DNA from: Antedon mediterranea
Taxonomy: Eukaryota; Animalia; Echinodermata
Direction of reading: 5' to 3'
Length of the DNA: 64,000 nt
Assembly: GCF_964355755.1 (NCBI RefSeq)
Contig: NC_092676.1
Coordinates: forward strand, 21,966,871 to 22,030,870
Shown: positions 22,860-35,706 of the stretch, piece by piece
Numbering within the stretch: position 1 is the stretch's first letter
How the letters are laid out: each line of letters opens with the position of its first letter
Made by a program: the position numbers and the translations under genes
Notes under the pieces: generated by a model
The model's input: only the letters and a program-made list of their open reading frames with translations
The model's database searches: none
Told to the model about the DNA's origin: nothing

Positions 22860-25268
22860 CTAGTATTTGTATGGTCCTGGGTATCCTCCGTGTCCGTATC
22901 CAGGTTGTGGGTATCCATGTCCCTGTGAACAAACATAAATCGCACAATAAATAATAGTTAAGCTTACATTATTGCGTTTCATACATTACTTAATATTGTA
23001 CAGCAATGATAAATGTACAGCCAAGTGATACTGTATCTAAAAGGAATTGGTCTTACTACATTCCAAATGTAATTAAATTTTACTTTGTTTAATATTAGTA
23101 TGATGTGATTTTTGGGGTGTTTTATCTTAGCTGGGAAAAGATCGACAGCATAAGGGTGTGGGTTAGTTCTTTATTTACAAAAGCCATTGACACTCTACGC
23201 TATCATTTCAAAAATCGTGAAGGGAGATACGTACCTCCCAGGTAAAATCTTGTATAAAATAATGTAGGCCTACATATATTAGGCGAAAAGGATGCTCAAT
23301 CGTACCGGGTAAATATGATAAATTACCGTCACGGTTGACTCGACCGTAAAGGTAAATTTCATTGTAAAAACTTGAAAGTAGGCTACTCACGCCAAATGGG
23401 TCGATGGCAACGCAGCATTCAGTAAAGAGTGAGATGATTATCAGAAGCAGCAGACTGACGAATATGAAGGTCAAGATGGTGTACATTTGGTCAATGTATT
23501 GCCAATCAGCGTTGTTTGCTGTATCCTCCAAGTAGTCGTAAACATCATAGGTTACCAGAGCAATAGAAGCGCCAATAAGAACGAGTAAGAACAGGTTGGC
23601 TACCATGGATATCCAAGCAACCTTTAGTGATAGAAACGATAACATAATTTAAATGATTACACGTATCTTGTGGATGGCAAATTAAAATATTGCATGATTA
23701 AAGCTATAAAAAAAAGTGTTTAGGTTCTTGCAAAAGCTATAAAAGTTACGAGGTAATCTTGAAAGTGCCGATGCGAGCTATGACAGTGCCGATGCGAGCT
23801 TTGACATGGCCGATGCGAGCTTTGACAGGGCCGATGCCAGCTTTGACAGGGCCGATGCCAGCTTTGACAGGGCCTGTGTGATCTGTGACGGTGCCGATGC
23901 GAGCTATGACGATACCGATTGTGAGCTATGACCGTAAGTATCGATTGCAAGCTATGACAGTATCGATTGCGAGCTATGACAGTACCGATTGCGAGCTATG
24001 AGAGCGCCGATGCAAACTATGACAGTGCCGATGCGAGCTACGACAGTGCCGATGCAAGCTACGACAGTGCCGATGCGAACTATGACAGTGCCGATGCAAG
24101 CTATTACAGTGCCGATGCAAGCTATGACAGTGCCAATGCGAGCTATGACAGTGCCGATGCGAGCTATGACAGTGCCGATGCGAACTATGACAGTGCCGAT
24201 GCGAACTAAGACAGTGCCGATGCGAGCTATGACAGTGCCGATGCGAGTTATGACAGTGCCGATGCGAGCTATGACAGTGCCGATGCGAACTATGACAGTG
24301 CTGATGAGAGCTAAGGCACAAACAATGTTTAGTATGCATACTTACAGATCGTTGACTTCTCTTTGCTGACATTTGTACACCAGCAATAAGGTTACCAATA
24401 CCGACACCGGCGACCTAAACCCAAAATAAACAAACATTGCTTAAGCATAATTACGATATTATTAACAACGATCTGATTTGTCACTCAGTTCGACTTTCTT
24501 CAATTTCAGAAAACAAGTGACTGAGCTACAGTTTCCAATAACACATCGCAAGCAAGGCTTTTCTTAATCGGTCAAAATCAAGAATTTACGTAGACCTACC
24601 CCTCTCTCTATCACGCCCCTGTTATTTAAGTTGTAGAACAATCAACTTCTGACTTGTTTATATATTATTACCATAGTGATAGTGATAATACTAACATTCT
24701 ATCAACTGATATGATTATAAAAAGGGGGATTATAATTTTATGTCAACGATGAGAATCTATGTCATAATTGAAAAGGCCTATACAGTAAGTAGGCCTACAA
24801 TAACTCAACAATTCTTTTCACAAAATACTTGGTGTACCCATAGAGATATTATCTCTATGGTGTACCGCAAACTTTATATCAACACAATAATATTTATTAC
24901 CAATAACCCAGCAAATGCAATTAATGGTGAGACTCCGTGATCAGCCGTCGATTGACTCAAGTACCAAATCATTTCCAGGCCTATGATGACAATGAGCATT
25001 CCCGACACCACCATCGTACCACCTGTAAACAGGGTGAATGTTTGACGAAATGACATCTTCATCTTACTTCCTGAGTATGGTGGGGGTACAAAATTTCTGT
25101 TAAAAAAAACAATTTAGTTAAATTAAATAATCAAATCTACGATACAATGACAAAAGAAACAATGATCTTGGCATGACGTCCAGGCACATTTACAGATATT
25201 AATTATAAATGTGCAGATCTTTTCTCTTACCGTTCAAGTGGAAACATTTCAATGTGTTGATTCATCAT
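22860..25268 (-). CDS. Four-transmembrane protein (MS4A/CD20-like or other tetraspan topology), 198 aa
   Basis: Exons 25268-25231, 25096-24901, 24414-24346, 23621-23391, 22922-22860 (597 nt, GT-AG, in frame). N-terminal ..FVPPPYS.., four hydrophobic segments, TECC after TM4, tail GHGYPQPGYGHGGYPGPYKY*. Confidence 0.8.
23762..24312. repeat. 21-bp minisatellite (TGACAGTGCCGATGCGAGCTA)n in intron 3 of the four-TM gene
   Basis: About 26 tandem units; generates the repetitive ORFs on both strands. Confidence 0.95.
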
Positions 25269-26280
25269 TTTCTTTTAAATGTTCGGTGTGTCTATCTATT
25301 TTAAGTGCTGTGTTGTATGTGCAATCATTACAAAGTTGTGTGTTCTGTCAGAGCGTGAACTAGGCATACTTAGTGATTGTCTTTATACAATTGCACCTTT
25401 TGTAATTATAATTTATGGCATGCATCTAATGAATAGAAGAAAGCATTGAATACAATCGCAATTGAGAAACGTCTTCATTGCGTAAAGAATTTCATTGATA
25501 AATTAAGATACGAATTTGACGAGTCAGTTATCCATGTTAACTAGTCGGTTATCCATGTTAACAACTGTCGGTTTAAAAAAAAAACTAGATAGGTATACTA
25601 GGCATACGTAAAGTAAATAGGCTATGTGAAGTTGATGGATCTGTTGATATTTTTTTTGATTCGCTTGCTTGTTTCCGTCACAAGGTTTTGTCTAATTTCA
25701 GTAATATCTAAATGTTATCTTGTTATCTGTTGATTGGTGCTTGTAGGCGCGCCTATATGTTATATTTTATGACTTTCAACCCTGGTAATGGTGACGTTTG
25801 GTGGTCACTGTAGGGTGATGATGAGATAAAATAAAAATAAAATACGTAAGACCTAAAATGAACATGAAAAAATTAATCACGATCAAGACTAATTAAATAC
25901 TGCATTAGGACCATTTTATAATAGGACGATAACAATCGAGGATAAAATAATAAGTGTCATTTTTTTCTTAATAAATCAAAACAGAAAGAAAGGTCATTCT
26001 AGAACAGTGGGATTGTTCATTATAATGGTTCAATGCAATGACGTCATGATCAATAAGAACAATACAATCGTATCGTCACGATATTGCTCTTGCTAATCAT
26101 TACGTCATTCATTTGATTGGACTATGGCAGCATAAGATTATCTAATAGTAATTACAGCATTTTTAGATTTCTTTTGTTTTATGTATCTATTATAGTCTAT
26201 ATCTTTTCCACAAAATAAATTCATTCATTCCTTATTTCAGATATTTATAGAAAAAAACATATAATTTACATAAACTGTAG

Positions 26281-26395
26281 TGGAGCTGTAGCTTGGTGGT
26301 TAACGTGCTTGCCTGCCAATCCCAAGGTCCCGGGTTCAATCCTGACCTAGTGCAGGGTTGTAACTCATGACTCTTTCAACTCCACTCCCTAAGCC
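26281..26395 (+). mobile_element. tRNA(Gly-like)-derived SINE head
   Basis: A box TAGCTTGGTGG, ctGCCaa loop, B box GTTCAATCC; related pieces at ~50118-50143 (+) and ~48545-48665 (-). Confidence 0.55.
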
Positions 26396-27776
26396 TCAAA
26401 TGAGACTTAGTTTATAAGCACGATAAATTATTAAATAGTTTATCCATCCTGTAATTGGCGAGTTACTCGCTGTTGGATGAGTATGAATAAAAAAAAAACT
26501 TAAATAACTATATTCTGAAGCTTGAGTGAAACGATTTTTTAAAGTTGAATTAGTCGGTCTCTCGCAGTACTTATGAATAAACTTCAGAAAGCATTCGAAA
26601 ACTACATACATATTTCACTAGCTGTCACCTCAGTATGACGAATTGAAGTTGTCTACATGGTCCGTGTGACTACACTATTCCGTCGTCCACCCATATTCAC
26701 TGTTGACGTTGTTTACAGAATTGATTTTCGTTATTTAATATTTTCTTTTCATTGAATGTAGATAATTACGTGCTTAAATTGTCTCGTCAGACAATGGGTT
26801 TTGGTTAAAATTAACCGTTGTTTTGTCTTTTTATAAGTGAAATCGGTTTTTTTTCTACAAAACGGCAAAATAGCATATTAAAAGTCTTCTTCTGTTTTGA
26901 GGGAGGTGGGAGAGGGCAATACATCTTTAACAATTGGTAACATTCGAGTACTTGGTTAAAGTCGTCCCCATGCTTAACTAGCACTTATAGACTTAATTAG
27001 AAATAGAGAGACCATTAGAAAAGATAATTAAAAATAGACTAATTAGAATAGAGAAAAATAATAAGATGTATTTTCTATTACCTTGTGTAGCAAACTACAG
27101 TCTGTATCTAAATTTAAAAAAAAAACGTATTATACCTGTCGTGTATATAACGGTCCATACGATCTGCATATGCAGATTTCTTGAACGACCACTCCGACAT
27201 AAAGGTTACAATACTATCAAGAATTACAGTATAAAGAAATCCCAATTAGATACAATTCACCAAGATATTAGGGACAGTTTTATGTATCCGACACGACTGT
27301 CATGTTTGCCTTTCCTTCAACAATGACAACTCGTATTCAGCAACCGCTTGTTGTTATATATTTCGCTTTTGGATGCACAATTATAATTTCTATAGAAAAG
27401 CATATCGATTTTACCGTATATGTGAAAGGGAAGATACTATAAAATATCGATGGCTTCGAAATAGAGTACTAAAGGGTCGGAGTTTACGTTTTGTTGTTAT
27501 GCAATGAGGTGTAGGAGGCCTACAAACCAGAATATATATAGAGTAGGTCTATGAGTACGTACGATACGCACTAAATCGGTCTACAAATAGCTACTATACT
27601 TATACAACCAAAGAGTCGCGTATTAAATTAAAATGTGAAAACCCAACGGAACTAAAACTAAAGATACTGTTAAGTTAGCAGACTCTAATTCGATACTCTA
27701 AGTTATATCATAGAGATATTAATATCTCTTTGGTTATATCAGGAAGATGTAAAATACATCTCTCAGGGCAGTATAT

Positions 27777-27812
<36 letters not shown>

Positions 27813-29279
27813 GTATATTAGGAAGGATCGGTGCGTGTGATCACACTGGGCGTAGAATACGAAAACGCCCACAATATTCAATTAGGAACTATTCAAAAGT
27901 ATTCAATTTCAACCTTCAAAATTGGAATTATTTAATACTTTTGACAGCTCATTGTTTTTCTTGGTAGTTTTGGTTTTTAAACTTCAAGTATAGAAATTAA
28001 GTTTTACTTTATTTATACTAATCAAAATGTGATGTAATGTTTACGGTATACTCCAGGTAGTTTCTAGATAAAATGAAGTTTGTAGTAAATAAAGTTGAGA
28101 ATGTCTTGATGTTTCGGTTGTTTTACAATAAGTATATAGAATGGAAAGTATTTTCCGTTATATCTTTATTTTGAAAAAATACACAAGCAACAACCACTGA
28201 TCATACATCATAAACCTACATGATAAATAGGTAAACAACAAAATCAGACCATCATACACCAACACATCATTTACAAAACTTCGTTTAACGTGACGTAGTA
28301 AGCAAAAGCAACATAATGTAATGATAATAGTGATTTGTTCATTATTTTGTCTTTAATGTGTCTATCCTATTCCTTTTCTATTCAACCATTTTTATGTGGC
28401 AGGGCCTAGGCCGACTATCGGACCATGACAAGCCATGCTAGGGTACTATGACACCGCATTTAATTATACTTAATCCACTTTAACAAAAGCATAGTTCATT
28501 GTTGCTGTCTTTGGGATTTATCTCATGGTTCACCAATTTCAGATATTCTGAAGTTGGATTTGTCATAAATCCTCCATTGTTATTTTTTTTTTGGCATTTG
28601 TCGACCTAGTAGAAATAAACCAAATGTACCCGCGCGTTCAAAAGTAGATATGGTGCTATTTGTGTACGCGCACGTAAAACTTTGTTTCGCTTGATAAAAC
28701 TTTGATTCTTGTTTTTTTTTTAGCTTTATTTTCTTGATTTTACATTGAACGCAAACACGCACACACAAAAAGATACCGGGATCAGATCAGAATCTCCATC
28801 ATTTTGTAATGGAGCCTGGATGATTCAAATGATGATATACCATAATACATTCTATCATTTCATTTTTGCTAGCAGACATTCTCTGTAAAAAATTATCACT
28901 AAATAATTTAATTCGAATGTACTTTGAATGGGTTCGACTGGGTGATCTTAGAAGTACACAGTGTTAACTCGAAAAGGTTGGATGTTTCCTTCGGGTATTC
29001 GTTTCCTTCACATCAATTTCCATTGATTGGCAGCTTTCATCATCTTAGTGGAAGTAGACTACACTACAATTATTTGTATTTGTCATAAACAAACAATAAC
29101 AAACAAGAGATCATCTTGCCGAAAACTAGTAAGAAATTATGATAACTGTTTTTAACTAACGCAAAGTAGCTTTGCGTCAGACATCTAACCAGTAGGCCTA
29201 ACCCATTTATTACATTAAAAAAAATCCTGTATTACTATACTGGCTGATGGATTTAAAACAGTATTGTAAACGTAAAAGA

Positions 29280-29490
29280 TATATATTAATATTAAACAAA
29301 TCTAAAAGCAAAATACTGAAAAATGACAATGCTGTGGATACAGACTGGCTGGATCTCAATGGAGATACAAAAAAAAAGCGAAAGGATAAATCAAAACTAT
29401 AAAGTAAAACAGCCAGAAAAGTTAGCAGAGCTTTCGGGCAACATAAATATAATATATTAATATTAAACAATATACATTTTAAAGCAAAAC
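29280..29490 (-). mobile_element. Penelope-like element terminal fragment
   Basis: Homologous to 50660-50795; carries the GCCCGAAAGCTC half of a hammerhead motif on the minus strand. Confidence 0.5.
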
Positions 29491-31535
29491 AACCATATTT
29501 GTCTAAAATAGTATGAACAGGGGAAGAAACGAACAAATACAGTATAGTCTGCAGTACGTTAGTTTAATTTTTAAAATGACAGCTGCCAATATCAATTTCA
29601 CAAATACCAATTTATAAGACAAAAAAAAGCTTGATGGAATGCTAAAGCAGTGTGTAGTATGAAAAAGGTAAAACATCGTACTCACCAAATTAAAAAACTG
29701 TATATACTACCAAACGTTTAGTGTAATACCGCCTAATGGTACTTGTATTCACAAAATGGTTGAATGAGCTACCTCGCCCTAACCCTCAATCAGAAAGAAT
29801 GTAAGTGTACGAAAGAAGAAAAGACCCAAAGTACCGTGAACCATTTAGCTACAGATCACACGATCAGGGGTGTTACAACTATGCAATTAAGTTGGCAGTT
29901 TTCATTGACAACGATCTTTTGTGACCTGTTTTGCTTTTTCCATACAATTACGTGGTTATTGCTCAACGATATTTACAAAGTCATTTTTAAGGAATGTTAA
30001 TTTTACAAACCTTATAGAAGAAAATCCCAGATGTACAGTCTCATACAATGCATTGTCATAAAAAATACTATAACATAGCCAGGGGCCAATTCCTCTATTT
30101 ATAAAATGTGAATAAAACATACACAAAAAAACCCCACTAGTATCTGTTGTGCTTGTAAGTAGACACCTGCAGAATATGCTAATTAGTCTTAGTTATAATA
30201 GACCCTAACGTCTTTCGTCTCCCTCACGTACCACCACCGACTTGTTATACGTATGTTGTGTGAATAAAGCTATATCGTGTTGAGTACTGTGTTCCTGCTG
30301 TATATAGTGTTAAAACATTTATAAAATAGCAGGTCGTTATTTTTCAAAGTACATATTTTTATAATAGTTACTTCCCCGTATTACACAGAGTTAAGTTCTG
30401 TTGATTTGGTGTCGCTTGATGCTTTGTTACACCTTCATAGGTTCACTGATCATTCAAAAAAGATTTTCTTGTATTTATTCAATCAACTTTCAAACAATTA
30501 ATTCAGGCGTTTGGAATTCCGCCAATTCTATTTCATTGTAAATTGCAGAGAGTAGGAGTTTCAACATTAACTACGAGGCGCCGCGACACACTACTTCACA
30601 AGGTAACAGGTATAGTGTATCGAACGGCGCCCCGTGTCAAATAGTTTTTATCTCAGTGAACTTTATGTCTTCACAAAATGAATGTAAGAAAGAAAGTTGT
30701 GGGTATAGGCATGGCCTTTTTAATATGAAACAATGAAATTAAATTCTCTGCATAAATACATTATTAAGCGAAAACGCCACGAACCTTCAAAATCAGGGAT
30801 GTCAATTCACCCTTCCTTAAGAACACCACTATCAAGGGTACATTTTCTCGAATTGAACGAGAGGAATTGTTTTAACACTCGGTCAACATCTATTATGGGA
30901 CATGTCACGTCCATATTAAAGAAACATTTTGTTTAGGTTCCGACAAGTCTACTAAATAGGGGTTCTACTGATTGTTTTAATATCAGTTTTTGTTTCGTTT
31001 TATTTATGATTCTTCATTGACTCTCACGTCCGTACGTTACAGTATTGTCATATAACACATAGGAAACAAATAGCACAGAACGAGAACAAACTATTAATAT
31101 TCAAATATAACCGGAATGTTAGGAATTGTCACTTTCTTTCAGTCAACAAACCATATCAAATAGGTTGAAAGACAACGCTGAGACAAAGTACATTGTGATC
31201 AACTGGGTGCGACAAGTTGTTATTGTTGTAATACTAATAAACACGGATGGATTACAATGCATTGATAGAATAATTAAACCTATGTGTCATAGGCTGATAC
31301 ACCCAGATACAATGCGTAGCTCGTTCTGTAACTGTCACAATAGAAACACGTCACACCTCTTTAAAGGGTAACTCCGAGTTTAACATTTCCAAAAAATGTT
31401 TTTTGACCCCACTTTTTTTTTCTTCAGCGTAAAGCAGCGAGCGTCATGAATTAAGCATTTTAAGTGGTATTACGGGCCATTTTTTGGTAATAATTAAATA
31501 CAAGTACACAATCTTATCTTGTATAAAAAAGCCCC

Positions 31536-31851
31536 GGTCGCGATTTTTCTTTTCGTACATAACCCGGTACATAAGTTGGGGACCCCTTATGTGAAAGATA
31601 CCCGAACTATTTCCTAAATATAACTAAACCTAACCCTGTAAATAATCTCTCTCACTATAAAGTAAAACAAGTTGCTCCTGGGATTCGAACACACATCGAC
31701 ATGTAAAGTCCTAATCCATTCGACAGAATGCGTTTGGATTAGTGATTTGTTCTTACGTCACATCTTATGAATATGACTAATGCATATTCATGTTTATTTT
31801 GTGACGTTTTATGAGGGGACTTATGTATGAAAAGAAATATCGCGCTCGACC
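31536..31851. mobile_element. MITE (TIR CGCGATTTTTCTTTTCGTACATAA)
   Basis: The left end is the reverse complement of TTATGTATGAAAAGAAATATCGCG (31821-31844); internal CCTAAATATAACTAAACCTAACCCT and a tRNA B-box-like piece. Confidence 0.65.
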
Positions 31852-32329
31852 AGTACAGTAGGCTACACCACATTTTTAAGGGAGGCTTGTTTCACGTAGC
31901 TGTATAAAGGTTTATATTTTACCTGGCTACCCTTTAATTTTCAGCCAATTGTCATTTGGATTTTTCAATTTTATATAAAACAAAATGTAGCATAAATATA
32001 CAGTGTGTGTGTTAATCATGCAATATTTTGTATCTATAGATCCGAAGTACTGAACTTCTATAGATCCGATGTACTGAACGACTACTGCGAATGTACGTCA
32101 AATATTTATATTATTTCTTCACAGGGATGGATTGGATATTGCAACTCGGGCTGTACCAGTTCACACACTGCTGTAATAAAGATTAATTGGTACAAGTACA
32201 CACATTTAGCTGGTAGAACGTACGTTTGCACATCATGTCAGAAACTTGCACAAAAAATTCAACAATATACTATTATATCAAAATGTCCTATCTATACCTA
32301 CAAGACAGGAAACTCCATATATCTCGACG

Positions 32330-33130
32330 AGTCTTCGTATCGCTTCTATTTCAATACATCTCTTGATGTATCTATATCAATGCATCTAGCTAACTCGATG
32401 CGTCTATCTCGATGCGTCTATCTCGATGCGTGCTATGTGTCGATGCATCGATTTCAATGCATCTCGTGATGTACCTATATATCAATGCATATAGCTAACT
32501 CGATGCATCTACCATCTCGATGCGTCTATCTTCATTCGTGCTATGTGTCGATGCATCTATTTCAATGCATCTCTTGACGTATCTATACCAATGCATCTAG
32601 CTAACTGACTCGATGAATCTACCATCTCGATGCGTCTATCTTCATTCGTGCTATGTGTCGATGCATCTATTTCCATGCATCTCTTGACGTATCTATACCA
32701 ATGCATCTAGCTAATTGACTCGATGCATCTACCATTTCGATGCGTCTATCTCCATGCGTAGACTATGTGTCAATGCACCCATTACCATGCGTATAGACTA
32801 CGTGTCGATGCGTCTATCTCCATGCGTAGACTATGTGTCAATGCACCCATTACCATGCGTATAGACTACGTGTCGATGCGTCTATCTCGATGCATCTACC
32901 ACCATCTCGATGCGTCTATCTCCATGCGCGATATGTGTCGATACATCTATTACCATGCGTAGACTACGTGTCGATGCGTCTATCTATCTCGATACATGTA
33001 ATTTGACAAATCTATCTCAATACTTCTATCTTGCAAACTCGATATATAAAACTGATGCACCTTGCCCTGATGACGCGTCTATGTCGATGCGTCAGTGGCG
33101 TCTATGTCGACGCATCAGTAGACACGCGGC
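32330..33130. repeat. Complex array built from GATGCGTCTA/GATGCATCTA motifs (units ~105-110 bp and ~68 bp)
   Basis: TAGCTAA..CTCGATG recurs at ~32387, 32492, 32598 and 32708; a 68-bp unit occurs at 32746 and 32814. Confidence 0.85.
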
Positions 33131-34089
33131 TTATCGATTACAGTCCATTTTTGTCATCATAAGATCTTTTAAAATATAAGTATTATTACCGACTTCATAT
33201 TTTAATCTGCATATTTCAAGGCAAAGATGTTGTTATGTACAGTAGGCACTGTTTTTGCTGACAGTTCTGTATCTGCATAACAACACACCTACGTATGTCT
33301 AGTGTAAAATAAATATATGTATGATTAAATTGTATTGACGAATCAAAACTAAAATTATGTTCAATTTGTTTGAACAAAAATTTTTATTTCACTTGAACTT
33401 TAACCTGAATTTCACATCTTAATAATTGATCTGTATATTAAACCTGCCAGCAAATATGAATAAACTTGTAGTGACAGTGTTAGTTGTAATTGCATTTACA
33501 TATAACGTTTTACACAGCAGTACAAGTCTAGGCTACGCCGGGAATCTATGGCACATTTAAAACCATATAATTAAGCGGGTACCTTTGGAATATAATATTC
33601 ATAGATTATTTCTATATTTTGTACTGTATTATAAGAGTAATGCCGTATTGTAAATCAAATTAGCCGAGTATTTCTTATTTCATTTTTTTTTCTGTCTCTC
33701 TGTGAATAAACTATTTTACCATGTTTTTACACATTAATGATAAACTAAATTGTTGTATAAACTTGTAGTCAATGCTATAATAATAAAAAAGAAAAGCTAT
33801 AAAAGTATATATGTCATAAATACGTTTATTGAAAACATGTCAATTTGAACACTGTTCTTATCAGCTTATTTCTACCAAGTTAAAAAGTAGTGGGTAAAAG
33901 TTACGAAGAAAATTAAAATCACACAATATCGATATGTGAAAAAAATCTCCGCCTATTTAAAGACCTCTTTAATTAAAATCTATAGTACCGCCAAATTAGG
34001 ACGTCTAATAATTAAAATCTAAAGTTACAGTACCTCGAAGTTTAATAAACTTATTTGTATTCTAAACACCAAGGTAATACAATTACATA

Positions 34090-34511
34090 ACCGTTCCTAC
34101 TAAACACCACACGTCCCACAACGCTGCAATACGTCCCACAACGCTGCAACACGTCACACAACGCTGCAACACGTCACATAACGCTGCAACACGTCACACA
34201 ACGATGCAACACGTCACATAACGCTGCAACACGCCACACAACGCTACCACATGTCACACTACGCTATGCATACGACACAGTACCATATACCCCTGGTTAG
34301 GGTACTAATGTGCGTTAGTACTCTAGAAGTAAACAAGGGTTAGGTTCAGTTATATTTAAGAGTAAGATTGATTATTTAGGGGTTGAGTAACGTGCATTTT
34401 TAGCGTATAGGATTAGGTGCGTATGGTACTACTGTATTATCATTGAGGAATAGTTCCTTAATGCTAGTATGTATAGCCTTGTTTGACGTGTGGTGTTCAG
34501 TAGGGTCCGGT
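34090..34511. mobile_element. MITE with internal 20-bp tandem repeat (ACGTCACACAACGCTGCAAC)n
   Basis: TIR ACCGTTCCTACTAAACACCACACGTC / GACGTGTGGTGTTCAGTAGGGTCCGGT; about 8 tandem units at 34111-34270. Confidence 0.7.
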
Positions 34512-35189
34512 AAACACATGGATGGGACCTACTGGTAAACACATAGTACAAGTATTTGATGAACGCATGCACTTCACATTAAATAAATAACCCTACCAAT
34601 AATATTTACAAACCAGCCAATTGTTTAATGAATGGAATTGATTTCTAAATTCGTAAACTAACCTACCATACACATTATTTTAAACAAATTATAACCAAAT
34701 ACATTTCACAGAAGTGTATAACTACAATATTTACACAAATTTAATTAAGTATCTTTTTTTACGTAGAAGTATGAATTTAAAGCATGGTTTCGAACAGGTT
34801 ATCTGTAAAACATACTCTACTGTAGAATTTCTACATATGTATTAATCCTATGAAGAAATAAGAAAATCCACAATATAAATATTTAAAAAAAAAAAAAAAA
34901 ACTTCTGAAAAATAACCATAATTTTCATTCATTATCTTACATAAAGTTTACTATCCTGACGATGCACCTCTTAATGTAGTCCTTATTTTTAGGAAAGCTC
35001 CATGATATAATGTCACATGTTTATCATATGTTATAACTGTATCACAAAGTTACACTGTATACAGGAATTTGCCTCTGATACTTATTACATTTATCTAGAT
35101 GCACTAGCTAGACGATTATCCTGTAAAGGTATCGAAACATTAAATTATTGTGTTCCTAAGTTATTACATGTAGTTATTTTGTTTTATTT

Positions 35190-35706
35190 ATGTGATGAGT
35201 TTGATATAAAGCGGCAATACAAATCTTTGTGTATCCGAGCCAACTCCTTGGTTAGAAAATTTAGTATGTGTTCTATCAATGTGAAATGTGTTTTATTTAG
35301 AACATATTGTTTAAATATGTATTGTGCAACATTATGGTGTAACTATAATCAAGGTACCTTGCGATCTCTCCAGGTATGCTACAATAATGGTTTAAGAATG
35401 TTATTGCAAAGGCCTCGACATTGCAGTGCCAGCCTCATGTTTACGGAATGTAGAATTCCCTCTTTTTATGAATTGTTAAGAATATCAATATATGGCCTGA
35501 TGTGTAGACTTAATGCAAGCAAAAATATTTTAATCTCAACGATTATAAGCAACGTCTTAGTTAAGTCGAAGATGCTCTCCAGATGGAATGCCATCCTGAG
35601 ATGAGTAGTAGTAATTTTGTTTATTCTATTTATTTCAATTATATGTAATTTACTTTCTATGGACCAGAGTTTCCGAAATAAAAGATTGAATGAATGAATG
35701 AATGAA
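35190..35706 (+). mobile_element. 5'-truncated non-LTR retrotransposon 3' end (ORF2 C-terminus, clade not assigned)
   Basis: Open frame DIKRQYKSLCIRANSLVRKFSMCSINVKCVLFRTYC..LQVCYNNGLRMLL..CSASLMF.. to a stop at 35604; short 3' UTR, AATAAA and a (TGAA)n tail. Confidence 0.8.

Noticed and set aside
23720-24372. Long His/Ser/Cys- or Asp/Ser/Ala-repeat ORFs on both strands
   Set aside because: Translations of the intronic 21-bp minisatellite; the flanking exons splice in frame across it.
26281-26353. tRNA-Gly gene
   Set aside because: A and B boxes are present but the acceptor and anticodon stems do not pair properly and related degenerate copies exist, so it is better explained as a SINE head.
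16780-27812. Simple repeats (GGAA)n at 16780, poly-G at 17627, (AAC)n at 20051 and (TAA)n at 27778
   Set aside because: Ordinary microsatellites with no sign of function.
27082-30603. Scattered exon-like segments (27136-27350 -, ~28962-29043 -, ~30549-30602 +)
   Set aside because: Plausible splice signals, but I could not join them into a consistent ORF or recognise a domain.
32330-33130. Repeat array that superficially resembles CRISPR
   Set aside because: Eukaryotic context, no unique spacers and no cas genes; the units are variants of one motif.
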